Shown here: positions 35,645 to 45,263 of the stretch, one piece after another | Position numbering within the stretch: position 1 is the first letter of the stretch | Layout of the letters: the number at the start of each line of letters is the position of its first letter | NCBI GenBank assembly: GCA_002429085.1 | Contig: DIYR01000215.1 | Span: forward strand, 2,647 to 66,646 | Reading direction: 5' to 3' | Length of the DNA: 64,000 nucleotides | DNA from: Flavobacteriales bacterium UBA6049 | GTDB lineage: Bacteria > Bacteroidota > Bacteroidia > Flavobacteriales_G > Salibacteraceae | Translations under genes and position numbers: made by a program | Notes under the pieces: generated by a model | What the model was told of the DNA's origin: nothing | The model's input: only the letters and a program-made list of their open reading frames with translations | Databases searched by the model: none

Positions 35645-36619
35645 TTATTTTTTACGATTAACGGTATAATCTACTAATTGTTCCAAAGCCGCACTAGCTT
35701 CGTTTTGTGGGAAGGTGCTTAAAATTGCTTTCGCATCATCAACATATTGATGCATGCGCTGTGTAGCGTACTCAATTCCTCCACTTTCTTTTACGAAGTT
35801 TACCACCTCTTGAACAGATTTTGTGTCTTCGTTCTTATTCTTCACCAAGTAAATAATATGCTTACGGAGTTTCTTCTCTGCTTTATTCAGCGCATAAATT
35901 AGCGGAAGTGTAGTTTTTTTCTCCTTGATATCTATTCCAGTAGGTTTTCCAATGTCTCCACCCCCACCGTAGTCAAATAAATCGTCTTTTATTTGAAAAG
36001 CAATTCCTACTTTCTCACCAAACAAACGTGCTTTTTCAATCCATTCTTCTGATTGTTTTGCACTTGACACACCCGCTGCACAACATGCAGCAATAAGTGT
36101 AGCTGTTTTTTGTCGAATGATATCGAAGTAAATGCCTTCGTCTATATTGAGTTTGCGCGTTTTTTCAATTTGCAACAACTCTCCTTCGCTCATCTCACGT
36201 ACCGCTTGACTAACGATTTCCAATAAGCGAAATTCTTTCTTTTCAACGCTCAGTAACAATCCTCGTGACAACAAATAGTCGCCTACTAACACGGCTATTT
36301 TATTCTTCCACAAAGCATTTAATGAGAAAAAGCCTCTGCGCTGATAAGCATCATCTACTACATCATCATGAACCAAAGTAGCTGTATGCAACAACTCAAT
36401 TAATGCAGCTGCATTATGCGTTGATTCTGTGATGTCGCCAAACAATTTAGCCGACAGAAATACGAACATTGGTCGCATTTGCTTGCCTTTACGTTTAACG
36501 ATATAGTGCGTGATTTTGTCGAGCAGTGCTACATCACTTTTCATGGACAGTCTGAACTTTTTTTCAAACAGATCCATTTCGTGGGCCACTGGTGCCTTTA
36601 TTTGATTGACTACCGACAT
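35645..36619 (-). CDS. Long-chain polyprenyl diphosphate synthase (IspB-like)
   Basis: First and second Asp-rich motifs, LVHDDVVDD and QIKDDLFD. Confidence 0.85.
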   Translation of the reverse strand: MSVVNQIKAPVAHEMDLFEKKFRLSMKSDVALLDKITHYIVKRKGKQMRPMFVFLSAKLFGDITESTHNAAALIELLHTATLVHDDVVDDAYQRRGFFSLNALWKNKIAVLVGDYLLSRGLLLSVEKKEFRLLEIVSQAVREMSEGELLQIEKTRKLNIDEGIYFDIIRQKTATLIAACCAAGVSSAKQSEEWIEKARLFGEKVGIAFQIKDDLFDYGGGGDIGKPTGIDIKEKKTTLPLIYALNKAEKKLRKHIIYLVKNKNEDTKSVQEVVNFVKESGGIEYATQRMHQYVDDAKAILSTFPQNEASAALEQLVDYTVNRKK

Positions 36620-36629
36620 GAATTGTGCG

Positions 36630-36637
36630 CAAATATA
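36630..36637 (-). promoter_or_regulatory. -7 promoter box TATATTTG
   Basis: Perfect TAnnTTTG on the minus strand, 10 nt upstream of the ATG at 36619. Confidence 0.4.
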
Positions 36638-36681
36638 GTGCTAGGAGTGTAACAACGGTAAGTCTAATGAGTTGTATTGTA

Positions 36682-37743
36682 CTACTTCTTTACTGCATCA
36701 TTTTTATTAGCCAGCTGGCCACATGCTGCATCAATGTCTTTTCCGCGTGAACGCCTGATGTTTACTTGTATTCCCGCTTTCTCTACATGCGAAGCAAAAG
36801 CATCTACTCTTTCTTCAGGAGCTTTTTCAAATTTGCCATCATCAATTGGGTTGTATTCTATGATGTTCACTTTTGCTGGAACACGTCTACAAAACTTCAC
36901 CAACTCTTTCGCATCAAGCAAACTATCGTTAAAATCCTTGAAAATGATGTATTCGTATGTAATGCTGTTCTTGGTTTTCGTTAAGAAGTACTTCAAGGCT
37001 TCGGCTAACGCATCTAAGGAATTAGAATCGTTAATTGGCATAATCTCGCTGCGCTTTTCATCATTGGCAGCATGTAGCGATAACGCCAAATTGAAACGCA
37101 CATCATCGTCAGCTAGTTTTTTGATGTAACGCGCTATTCCCGCTGTTGAAACAGTAATCCGTTTTGGGGACATCCCTAAGCCTTCTGGGGATGTAATTTT
37201 TTCTACCGATTCCAACAAACCTTTGTAATTCATCAAGGGCTCGCCCATCCCCATGTAAACAATATTAGTTAAGGGTTGCTGATAGTTATTTTCAGCTTGC
37301 TTAGTTATGGCTACTACTTGATCATAAATTTCAGCAGTATCTAGATTACGCAAACGAGCTAGTGTACCAGTAGCGCAAAATTTACAACTCAAACTACATC
37401 CCACTTGTGATGAGATACAAGCCGTCATTCGTTTGGGAGTTGGAATCAACACTCCTTCTACCACGTTTCCATCAGCCATTTTGAAACCACTTTTAATGGT
37501 TCCATCAGAACTAATTTGTTCATCTGCAACAGAAAGTGCTCGAATCTCGAAGTGATTATCCAACCATTCGCGCAGTGGTTTCGATAGATTAGTCATGTCT
37601 TGAAACGACACAGCACTTTTCTTCCACAACCATTCATATACCTGCTTGGCTCTAAAGGCTTTTTCACCTTGAGCTACAAAGGCCTCTTTCAACTGATCGA
37701 GGGAAAGTTTGCGGATATCTTTTTTTGCTGCAGCTGTTTCCAT
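36682..37743 (-). CDS. rlmN: 23S rRNA/tRNA (adenine-C2)-methyltransferase, radical SAM
   Basis: Radical SAM CSLSCKFC, GMGEPL, and the C-terminal DIDAACGQL motif. Confidence 0.9.
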   Translation of the reverse strand: METAAAKKDIRKLSLDQLKEAFVAQGEKAFRAKQVYEWLWKKSAVSFQDMTNLSKPLREWLDNHFEIRALSVADEQISSDGTIKSGFKMADGNVVEGVLIPTPKRMTACISSQVGCSLSCKFCATGTLARLRNLDTAEIYDQVVAITKQAENNYQQPLTNIVYMGMGEPLMNYKGLLESVEKITSPEGLGMSPKRITVSTAGIARYIKKLADDDVRFNLALSLHAANDEKRSEIMPINDSNSLDALAEALKYFLTKTKNSITYEYIIFKDFNDSLLDAKELVKFCRRVPAKVNIIEYNPIDDGKFEKAPEERVDAFASHVEKAGIQVNIRRSRGKDIDAACGQLANKNDAVKK

Positions 37744-37747
37744 GATA

Positions 37748-37755
37748 CAAATCTA
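37748..37755 (-). promoter_or_regulatory. -7 promoter box TAGATTTG
   Basis: Perfect TAnnTTTG on the minus strand, only 4 nt upstream of the rlmN ATG and downstream of the queA terminator. Confidence 0.4.
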
Positions 37756-37764
37756 GCTTACGTA

Positions 37765-37796
37765 AAACAAAAAAGGCAGCTTATTCAGCTGCCTTT
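37765..37796 (-). terminator. Rho-independent terminator after queA
   Basis: On the minus strand: AAAGGCAGCT gaata AGCTGCCTTTTTTGTTTT. Confidence 0.65.
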
Positions 37797-37817
37797 ATAT
37801 AATGACTGAAATAGCTA

Positions 37818-38870
37818 TTAGTCAATAATCAACATCGCATCTCCGTATGCTTCGAAGCGGTATTTCTCTTTAATAGCTGTTTCGTATGCTTCTTTCACCA
37901 AATCGTATCCACCAAATGCAGAAACCATCATCAACAATGTTGATTCTGACGAGTGGAAGTTTGTAATCATGCTATTCGCAATACTAAACTCATGGGGAGG
38001 GAACATAAACTTGTTTGTCCAACCTTGAAATGGTTTTAGGTATCCATCAGTAGAAACAGAAGTTTCAATTGCACGCATTACAGTAGTGCCTACAGCACAT
38101 ACACGCTTCTTGCTACTAATTGCTTCATTTACTCTAGTAACACAATCATCTGGAATCATCATTTCTTCAGAATCCATTTTGTGTTTCGTTAAGTCTTCAA
38201 CCTCTACCGGACGGAATGTTCCTAAACCAGTATGTAAAGTCAACTTACTAAAGTCAATACCTTTTAACTCTAAACGCTTCATCAAGTTTCTACTGAAGTG
38301 TAAACCACCAGTTGGAGCTGCAACTGCACCTTCAACCTCAGCAAAAATTGTTTGGTAACGCTCTTCGTCTTCTGGCTCAACTGGACGATCAATGTACTTT
38401 GGAATAGGAGTTTCTCCTAATTCATATACTGTACGCTTAAAGTCTTCGTAAGGACCATCAAATAAGAATCGTAGTGTTCTACCTCTTGATGTGGTATTGT
38501 CGATTACCTCAGCAACAAGGCTATCGTCTTCACCGAAGTAAAGTTTATTACCAATTCTGATTTTACGAGCTGGATCTACTAACACATCCCAAAGTCTGCT
38601 CTCTCTATTCAACTCGCGCAACAAGAACACTTCAATTCTAGCTCCTGTTTTTTCTTTGTTACCATACAATCTTGCAGGGAACACACGCGTGTTGTTCAAA
38701 ATCATCACATCGCCATCATCAAAATAGTCAACGATGTCTTTGAAAAGTTTGTGCTCTATTTCTCCAGATTTGCGCTTAACTACCATCATGCGGGCTTCAT
38801 CGCGTTCTGGAGCAGGGTGTTGTGCAATAAGTTCGTCTGGAATGTTGAGTTTGAACTGAGAAAGTTTCAT
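37818..38870 (-). CDS. queA: S-adenosylmethionine:tRNA ribosyltransferase-isomerase
   Basis: [29 protein letters not shown] and [10 protein letters not shown] are conserved QueA segments. Confidence 0.92.
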   Translation of the reverse strand: MKLSQFKLNIPDELIAQHPAPERDEARMMVVKRKSGEIEHKLFKDIVDYFDDGDVMILNNTRVFPARLYGNKEKTGARIEVFLLRELNRESRLWDVLVDPARKIRIGNKLYFGEDDSLVAEVIDNTTSRGRTLRFLFDGPYEDFKRTVYELGETPIPKYIDRPVEPEDEERYQTIFAEVEGAVAAPTGGLHFSRNLMKRLELKGIDFSKLTLHTGLGTFRPVEVEDLTKHKMDSEEMMIPDDCVTRVNEAISSKKRVCAVGTTVMRAIETSVSTDGYLKPFQGWTNKFMFPPHEFSIANSMITNFHSSESTLLMMVSAFGGYDLVKEAYETAIKEKYRFEAYGDAMLIID

Positions 38871-38895
38871 GTACTTCTTTCAATTTTGAGGCCTG

Positions 38896-38903
38896 CAAAA
38901 ATA
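38896..38903 (-). promoter_or_regulatory. -7 promoter box TATTTTTG
   Basis: Perfect TAnnTTTG on the minus strand, 25 nt upstream of the queA ATG. Confidence 0.4.
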
Positions 38904-38920
38904 GCAAAAACGTTGAATTG

Positions 38921-39652
38921 CTAACCTTCAGTTTTTTGGTTATTAGGAAGTTGAGCAATAAAATCAACCCATTGCTCTACTGTTTTGGCTTCTTCTATTC
39001 TAAAATCACCGCTTTGCGTCCTACGTAGAGCTGATAAATATCCGCCTACACCAAGCACTTCACCTACATCATTTGCTAATGATCGTATGTATGTTCCTTT
39101 TGAGCAAGTTACTTCAAAATGAAAGTTAACTCCCTCTTTTTTAACTATATCAAAAGTCATGATCTCAACTTGAGCTTTTTTAAGTTTCACCTCTTTTCCT
39201 GCTCTTGCCAAATTATAGGCTGTTTTCCCATCAATTTTTTTCGCGCTAAAAATTGGTGGTGTTTGATCAATAACTCCTAAAAATTGATTGGCAGCATTTT
39301 GCACTTCTTCTAACGTAATATGATCTGCATTTGCTACTTTTTCAACTTCTGTTTCTAGATCGAACGAAGGAGTTTTAGCTCCAATCGTAATAATTCCAGT
39401 GTATTTCTTATGCTCTGCCTGTATTTGATCAATAGTTTTAGTAGCCTTTCCCGCACATACTATTAATAAGCCACTTGCAAGTGGATCTAACGTTCCAGCA
39501 TGTCCCACTTTTACTTTCTTTAACCCAAAAGCACGCTTAATGGTATAACGCAATTTGTTTACTACATCGAAACTAGTCCACTCTAGTGGTTTATCAATGA
39601 GCATTACAACACCTTGTTCAAGGTTGAACTCTGGAAGATCTTTTGGAAGCAT
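38921..39652 (-). CDS. truB: tRNA pseudouridine(55) synthase
   Basis: Catalytic motif GHAGTLDPLASGLL and the downstream KGTYIRSL motif. Confidence 0.9.
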   Translation of the reverse strand: MLPKDLPEFNLEQGVVMLIDKPLEWTSFDVVNKLRYTIKRAFGLKKVKVGHAGTLDPLASGLLIVCAGKATKTIDQIQAEHKKYTGIITIGAKTPSFDLETEVEKVANADHITLEEVQNAANQFLGVIDQTPPIFSAKKIDGKTAYNLARAGKEVKLKKAQVEIMTFDIVKKEGVNFHFEVTCSKGTYIRSLANDVGEVLGVGGYLSALRRTQSGDFRIEEAKTVEQWVDFIAQLPNNQKTEG

Positions 39653-39656
39653 CCTA

Positions 39657-40448
39657 TTAAATACTGAGGATAATGCTGATAATTCCTACTGCAAAACAGT
39701 AGTAACTAAAGAAACGCAATTGGCTTTTTTGAACGAGTTTAATCATCCAAGTACAAGCTAACAAACCAGTGATGAATGCGGCAACAAATCCTACACCTAA
39801 AGGCAACATACTTGTTGACATAGCTGTATCAAAAGCACCATCTAATACATCTTTAGCCATCTTTCCAAGAATTAATGGTACTACCATCAAAAATGAAAAA
39901 CGAGCCGATTTAGTTTTATCAATTCCTAATAAAACAGCCGTAGAAATTGTTGCTCCACTTCGACTAATACCTGGTAATATGGCAATTGCTTGAGCAATAC
40001 CAATAATGATAGCAGAAGTTAAACTCACATCCTTATCTGTTTTTTTGGCTCTATCTGCTAAGAAAAGAAGTAAGCCTGTTACGCCTAACATGGCTCCTAC
40101 TAGTAAGATTTGACCACTGAACAGTTGTTCTATTTCTTCATCGAATAACACACCAATTATCGCTGCTGGAATCATTGACAACACAATTTTCAGCGAAAAC
40201 TGGAATTCATCATTATTCTTGAATGCAAATAACCCTTTGAATATGTCAGCTATTTCTTTTCGGTATACCACAATGGTACTTAGTGCTGTAGCTGCATGTA
40301 ATAAAACAGTCATCAGCATGCTTTCTTCAGGCATACTATCGTTACCAAATAGAGCTTTTGCTAATTCTAAATGCCCACTACTACTAACAGGGAGAAACTC
40401 AGTTAGTCCTTGGATGATGCCCAGCACCACCGCCTGTAGAATATCCAT
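39657..40448 (-). CDS. uppP: Undecaprenyl-diphosphate phosphatase
   Basis: BacA motifs GLTEFLPVSSSGHL and PGISRSGATI. Confidence 0.9.
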   Translation of the reverse strand: MDILQAVVLGIIQGLTEFLPVSSSGHLELAKALFGNDSMPEESMLMTVLLHAATALSTIVVYRKEIADIFKGLFAFKNNDEFQFSLKIVLSMIPAAIIGVLFDEEIEQLFSGQILLVGAMLGVTGLLLFLADRAKKTDKDVSLTSAIIIGIAQAIAILPGISRSGATISTAVLLGIDKTKSARFSFLMVVPLILGKMAKDVLDGAFDTAMSTSMLPLGVGFVAAFITGLLACTWMIKLVQKSQLRFFSYYCFAVGIISIILSI

Positions 40449-40452
40449 AAAA

Positions 40453-40698
40453 TTACTTTGGCTTTTTCATGATGGCATACAGCACCAAAGCGTAACCACC
40501 ACAAATTACAATTGGAGCGAGCGTTAATCTTCTGAAAGAGAAAATTCCATCACTAAATACTGTTGGGTCTTCTGATCCTCCACCTGACATCAAGAAAAAT
40601 CCAATCACTACCAACACGGCACCTGCTGCTGTGAGGATGTAATTAATCTTGCCAAACGCTAATTGATTGCTACCGCTATTTTGATTTTCGCTTGCCAT
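40453..40698 (-). CDS. DUF3098-like small membrane protein
   Basis: Two TM helices, wedged between ftsX and uppP with gaps of 2 and 4 nt. Confidence 0.6.
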   Translation of the reverse strand: MASENQNSGSNQLAFGKINYILTAAGAVLVVIGFFLMSGGGSEDPTVFSDGIFSFRRLTLAPIVICGGYALVLYAIMKKPK

Positions 40699-40700
40699 GA

Positions 40701-41582
40701 TTACTTCGTGTATAGTTGATTGGTTCGTAGTCTTAAGTATCTGCTAACTGCTAATGCTGTACTAGCCCAGCTTATCAAGATTCCTAGTGCAACTACGATT
40801 GCAAACAAAGATGCAAATAATTCAACGTCATTTAAGCTGAATATCTCTGGAGCCTTTTGTTGGGCATAATAAATAACTGCAGAAAGTAAAACCAACGCTA
40901 TAAACGCTCCATACAATCCGTGTACAATTCCTTGTCGAACAAATGGCTTTCTAATAAAGCCTTGCGTTGCACCAACAAGCTGCATACTCCTGATTAAGAA
41001 TCGTTTACTATAAATAGCTAATCGGATAGTAGAGTTAATCAACGCAATGGATACGATTAACAACAAGAGGGCAAAACCACTCAGCAAGAACGAGATTTTA
41101 CGCACATTCTCATTAACAAAGCTTAACAAGTCTCTTTGGTAAACAACCTCTTTAACCTTAGGATTCAACAACAAATCTTGTTCAATAGTGGTAACACTAT
41201 CGGTATTCGCGTAATCTGCATTCAAATAAATATCGATGCTTGTAGAAAGTGGATTATAACCTAGGAACTCCACAAAATCTTCTCCCAATTCTTCTTGTAA
41301 TCGAATTGCAGCTGTTTCTTTATCTACATAATCCGTGCTTTTAGAATAAGGAGCTGCATCTAAACTTTTTTGCAATCGTTTGATGTCGGCCTCATTTACA
41401 CTGTCTTTAATGTAAACAGTAACTGCAATGTTTTCTTTCACATATTGTCCCAATTTTTGAGCTTGCAGTAGGATTAATCCTACCATACCCAACATAAAGA
41501 GCACGAGCGAAATACTCACGATTACTGAAAAGTAAGAGGTTGAAAGTCTTCTCCGTTCGAATTTACTTGATGTAGTTGCCAA
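40701..41582 (-). CDS. ftsX: Cell division protein FtsX (probable TTG start)
   Basis: Four-TM FtsX layout with a periplasmic domain. TTG at 41582 gives (M)ATTSSKFERRRLSTSYFSV and a product of about 293 aa, matching the N-terminus I recall for flavobacterial FtsX. An upstream in-frame ATG (41651) and GTG (41699) also exist. Confidence 0.75.
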   Translation of the reverse strand: MATTSSKFERRRLSTSYFSVIVSISLVLFMLGMVGLILLQAQKLGQYVKENIAVTVYIKDSVNEADIKRLQKSLDAAPYSKSTDYVDKETAAIRLQEELGEDFVEFLGYNPLSTSIDIYLNADYANTDSVTTIEQDLLLNPKVKEVVYQRDLLSFVNENVRKISFLLSGFALLLLIVSIALINSTIRLAIYSKRFLIRSMQLVGATQGFIRKPFVRQGIVHGLYGAFIALVLLSAVIYYAQQKAPEIFSLNDVELFASLFAIVVALGILISWASTALAVSRYLRLRTNQLYTK

Positions 41583-41701
41583 ATTACTTGGTTTTGAGAG
41601 GCGACTAAAATATAAAAAATCAACTTGGGCTTTGCGTGAAAACAGCCTCATTAAAGGAGTCAAAATACTTAATTTCGCGCCTTTCCAAACGCAATACACT
41701 C

Positions 41702-44497
41702 ATGGAGTATAATTTCGAAGCCATTGAAAAAAAATGGCAAGAATACTGGGCTGAACATCAGAATTTTAAAGCCAACGAAAACAGCGACAAACCAAAGTAC
41801 TATGTACTTGATATGTTTCCTTATCCATCAGGAGCAGGGCTACATGTTGGTCACCCACTAGGATACATTGCATCTGATATTGTTGCCAGGTACAAACGTT
41901 TGAAAGGCTTCAATGTGCTACACCCAATGGGATATGATTCGTTTGGATTACCAGCTGAACAATATGCTATTCAAACAGGACAGCACCCAGCAATTACTAC
42001 TGAAACGAATATTGCACGTTACCGCGAGCAGTTGGATAGACTTGGGTTTTCGTTTGATTGGGATAGAGAAATCAGAACAAGCGATCCAAGTTACTTCAAA
42101 TGGACTCAATGGATTTTCATTCAACTATTTAATGCTTGGTATAGCAACGATGTAAAGAAGGCTCGTCCGATTCAAGATTTGATCGACATTTTTGAATTAG
42201 ATGGAAACGTCATGGTTGACGCTACTTGTGACGAGGACACCCCTTCGTTTACTGCAGCTGAATGGAAAACCTTTGATGAGAAGCAACAAGAGGACATTTT
42301 ATTAAAGTATCGTTTGGCATACTTATCTGAAAGTGTGGTAAACTGGTGTCCAGCACTAGGAACTGTTTTGGCCAACGATGAAGTAAAAGATGGATTAAGC
42401 GAGCGCGGTGGGCATCCAGTAGAGCAACGTAGCATGATGCAATGGTCTATGCGCATTACTGCTTATGCAGATAGATTGCTTACTGGCTTAGATACCATTG
42501 ACTGGAGTGATTCACTAAAAGAAATTCAACGTAACTGGATTGGCAAATCTAAAGGGGCATCTGTTTTCTTTAACGTAGCCAATTCTGATCATCAAATTGA
42601 GGTGTTTACCACAAGGCCTGATACCATATACGGTGTTTCATTTATGGTTTTGGCTCCAGATCATGAATTAGTTGAGCAGATAACAACATCAGATCGTAAA
42701 GAAGCTGTTGAAGCATACCAAGAACAAACCGCTAAGAAATCGGAGCGTGAGCGTATGGCTGATGCCAAAACCATTTCTGGTGAATTTACTGGTGCATACG
42801 TTGTTCATCCTTTCACCCAAGAACAGATTCCTGTTTGGATTGGCGATTATGTTCTTTCAGGATATGGCACAGGGGCAATTATGGCCGTTCCAGCAGGAGA
42901 TCAACGAGATTGGAACTTTGCCAATCATTTCGACCTTCCTATTCCAAACATTTTTGAAAATCATGATGTGAGTGAAGGACCACTTGAAGATAAAACAGGT
43001 GTCTTAACTAACTCAGATTTCATGAATGGATTAAAGGCGAAAAAAGCGATCTCGAAAGCAATTGATGCCATCTACCAGAAAAGCATTGGATCAGCTACTA
43101 CCAATTTTAAATTGCGTGATGCCGTATTTGGTAGACAACGCTATTGGGGAGAACCTATTCCTATTTATTACGAAAACGGAATTCCAAAACCGATTAAGGA
43201 CGAACACCTACCATTGGAACTACCTGAGGTTGATAAGTACCTACCAACTGAAGATGGTGAACCACCATTAGCAAGAGCCGATAAATGGAACTATCATCCA
43301 GAGAAAGGTATTGTGGCCAATGGAGAAGGATTCCCCATTGAAACTACGACTATGCCGGGTTGGGCTGGTTCTAGTTGGTATTATTTACGTTACCAAGATG
43401 CTAAGAACACAGAAGCATTTGTAGAAGCTGATAAAACCAATTATTGGGGAGCTGTTGACTTATACATGGGTGGTGCAGAACATGCTACCGGACATCTATT
43501 ATATGTGCGTTTCTGGACTAAGTTCTTACACGATATGGATTTAATTCCTGTGGATGAGCCAGCTAAGAAGTTGATTAACCAGGGAATGATTCAAGGTCAG
43601 TCTAAGTTGGTATACAGAATCAACGGAACGAATGAATTTGTTACAGCAAGCAAGAGAGTAGATTATGATACCACCGCTATTCATGTAGATGTAAATTTCG
43701 TGAATGGTGACTCAATGGATATTGAGCGTTTCAAAAATTGGCGTTCCGAATACAACAATGCAACATTCATTTTCGAGGACGATGGCACTTATCAATGTGG
43801 CACTGAAGTAGAGAAAATGTCTAAACGTTGGTATAACGTGGTTAATCCAGATGACATCTGTGCTAGTCACGGAGCTGATGCCTTGCGTTTACACGAGATG
43901 TTCTTAGGGCCAATTGAACTACACAAGCCATGGAACACAAAGGGTATTGATGGTGTAAGTAAGTTCTTACGTAAACTTTGGCGCCTGTTCTTTAATGAAG
44001 CTGGAGAGTTTGAAGTAAGTGATGATGAGCCAACGAAAGCTGAGTACAAAGCGTTACATAAATGCATTCAGAAGGTTGAAGATGAATTCGATCGTTTCGT
44101 GTTCAACACATCGGTCAGTCATTTTATGATATGCGTAAACGAGTTGACGGAATTAAATTGCAACAAACGGAATATATTAGAACAATTAACTGTTTTAGTG
44201 TCTTGTCACGCCCCACATATTTCAGAGGAGCTATGGAAACGTCTTGGGAACGACAAAAGTGTAACTACAGCAGTTTTCCCAGAATTCAAAGAAGCGTATC
44301 TAATTGAGAATGAATATACTTACCCGGTATCGTTTAACGGTAAAGTTCGTTTTAAGTTAACATTGCCTGCAGATGCCAGTAAAGAGGATGTGGAGTCAGC
44401 AGTAATGAGCAACGAACAGGCTACCAAATGGTTAGATGGAAAAGAGCCTAAAAAGGTCATTGTTGTACCTAAACGAATTGTCAATATCGTGCTTTAA
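41702..44497 (+). CDS. leuS: Leucine--tRNA ligase
   Basis: HIGH-type motif (PYPSGAGLHVGH), KMSKR-like EKMSKRW, and the class Ia CP1 editing domain. ATG at 41702 (MEYNFEAIEKKWQ). Confidence 0.95.
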   Translation: MEYNFEAIEKKWQEYWAEHQNFKANENSDKPKYYVLDMFPYPSGAGLHVGHPLGYIASDIVARYKRLKGFNVLHPMGYDSFGLPAEQYAIQTGQHPAITTETNIARYREQLDRLGFSFDWDREIRTSDPSYFKWTQWIFIQLFNAWYSNDVKKARPIQDLIDIFELDGNVMVDATCDEDTPSFTAAEWKTFDEKQQEDILLKYRLAYLSESVVNWCPALGTVLANDEVKDGLSERGGHPVEQRSMMQWSMRITAYADRLLTGLDTIDWSDSLKEIQRNWIGKSKGASVFFNVANSDHQIEVFTTRPDTIYGVSFMVLAPDHELVEQITTSDRKEAVEAYQEQTAKKSERERMADAKTISGEFTGAYVVHPFTQEQIPVWIGDYVLSGYGTGAIMAVPAGDQRDWNFANHFDLPIPNIFENHDVSEGPLEDKTGVLTNSDFMNGLKAKKAISKAIDAIYQKSIGSATTNFKLRDAVFGRQRYWGEPIPIYYENGIPKPIKDEHLPLELPEVDKYLPTEDGEPPLARADKWNYHPEKGIVANGEGFPIETTTMPGWAGSSWYYLRYQDAKNTEAFVEADKTNYWGAVDLYMGGAEHATGHLLYVRFWTKFLHDMDLIPVDEPAKKLINQGMIQGQSKLVYRINGTNEFVTASKRVDYDTTAIHVDVNFVNGDSMDIERFKNWRSEYNNATFIFEDDGTYQCGTEVEKMSKRWYNVVNPDDICASHGADALRLHEMFLGPIELHKPWNTKGIDGVSKFLRKLWRLFFNEAGEFEVSDDEPTKAEYKALHKCIQKVEDEFDRFVFNTSVSHFMICVNELTELNCNKRNILEQLTVLVSCHAPHISEELWKRLGNDKSVTTAVFPEFKEAYLIENEYTYPVSFNGKVRFKLTLPADASKEDVESAVMSNEQATKWLDGKEPKKVIVVPKRIVNIVL

Positions 44498-44603
44498 CTT
44501 TACGTTAATTGGTCTTCGTTTTTAATAAGTTGTTCGTTTATCATAGCAGTTGAGCAGAATTTTATGCTACTTTAGTAATTGAATCAATACAAACCCTGTG
44601 AGC

Positions 44604-44756
44604 ATGAAAAACGGAGCGAACGATACAGATGTGAAGCAAGAATTAAAGCTGACCATTAAGAAAAACATTGCTCGCGCGTGGTACAAGCTAGACCAACCTT
44701 CGTATGAACGTTGGCTAGAAGGCCGTAGAAGCGGGTCGAGTGAGTTACAGTACTAA
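44604..44756 (+). CDS. Candidate 50-aa small protein
   Basis: Hand translation gives MKNGANDTDVKQELKLTIKKNIARAWYKLDQPSYERWLEGRRSGSSELQY. The strong terminator begins 16 nt after its TAA. A near-consensus -7 box TACTTTAG lies about 30 nt upstream. Confidence 0.35.
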   Translation: MKNGANDTDVKQELKLTIKKNIARAWYKLDQPSYERWLEGRRSGSSELQY

Positions 44757-44771
44757 ATGTTTCTTAACTAT

Positions 44772-44805
44772 AAAAAAAGCGGAAGATTAATCTTCCGCTT
44801 TTTTT
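44772..44805. terminator. Bidirectional rho-independent terminator
   Basis: A7-GCGGAAGA ttaa TCTTCCGC-T7. This is a perfect 8-bp GC-rich stem between convergent units. Confidence 0.8.
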
Positions 44806-44816
44806 ATGCTCTATAC

Positions 44817-45170
44817 TTACATCCTCTTTCGAGAATGCATTTGCTCTTTGCGCTTTTCAGCCATCTCCTTATACTTCAGAAATTGCTCTTCTGTTAACAC
44901 TTCTTTCATTGACATCATATGCTCTTTTTTAGCCGCTGTTCTTTCCTCTCTGTTTTTATCTCTCAACTCTTGGCGCTTTGCCTGACTTTCGTCTAAAATC
45001 TTAGAAACATCCGCTTGTTGTTCTGCGGTCAACTCTAATTCCGCTGTTAACCTTTCCATCATCTTTTCTTTCCTCAACTCAGGATCTCCTCCTTTACGTG
45101 TCTCTTTTTGAGCCAGAGCAGAGAATGAAGAAACAAACACCATACTAACTAACACAATCCATGTTTTCAT
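44817..45170 (-). CDS. Spy/CpxP-like periplasmic protein (LTxxQ motifs)
   Basis: Signal peptide, then a helical K/E-rich protein with LTAEQQ and LTEEQF motifs. Confidence 0.55.
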   Translation of the reverse strand: MKTWIVLVSMVFVSSFSALAQKETRKGGDPELRKEKMMERLTAELELTAEQQADVSKILDESQAKRQELRDKNREERTAAKKEHMMSMKEVLTEEQFLKYKEMAEKRKEQMHSRKRM

Positions 45171-45208
45171 ACTTTTTGTTTTTAAAGATTATGTGAATTT
45201 GACGGCAT

Positions 45209-45237
45209 AAAAAAAGGAGGGTTTAATTACCCTCCTT
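45209..45237 (-). terminator. Rho-independent terminator after sucB
   Basis: On the minus strand: AAGGAGGGT aattaa ACCCTCCTT followed by TTTTT. Confidence 0.65.
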
Positions 45238-45263
45238 CAATTTATCTATTGTTAGCTATCCAA

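Noticed and set aside
36677-37129. 150-aa plus-strand ORF (plus a 72-aa ORF at 36766-36984) overlapping rlmN
   Set aside because: It is fully antisense to a gene with unmistakable RlmN motifs. Its product is Ser/Phe/Leu-rich, as expected from reading a coding strand backwards. It has no start context or promoter box.
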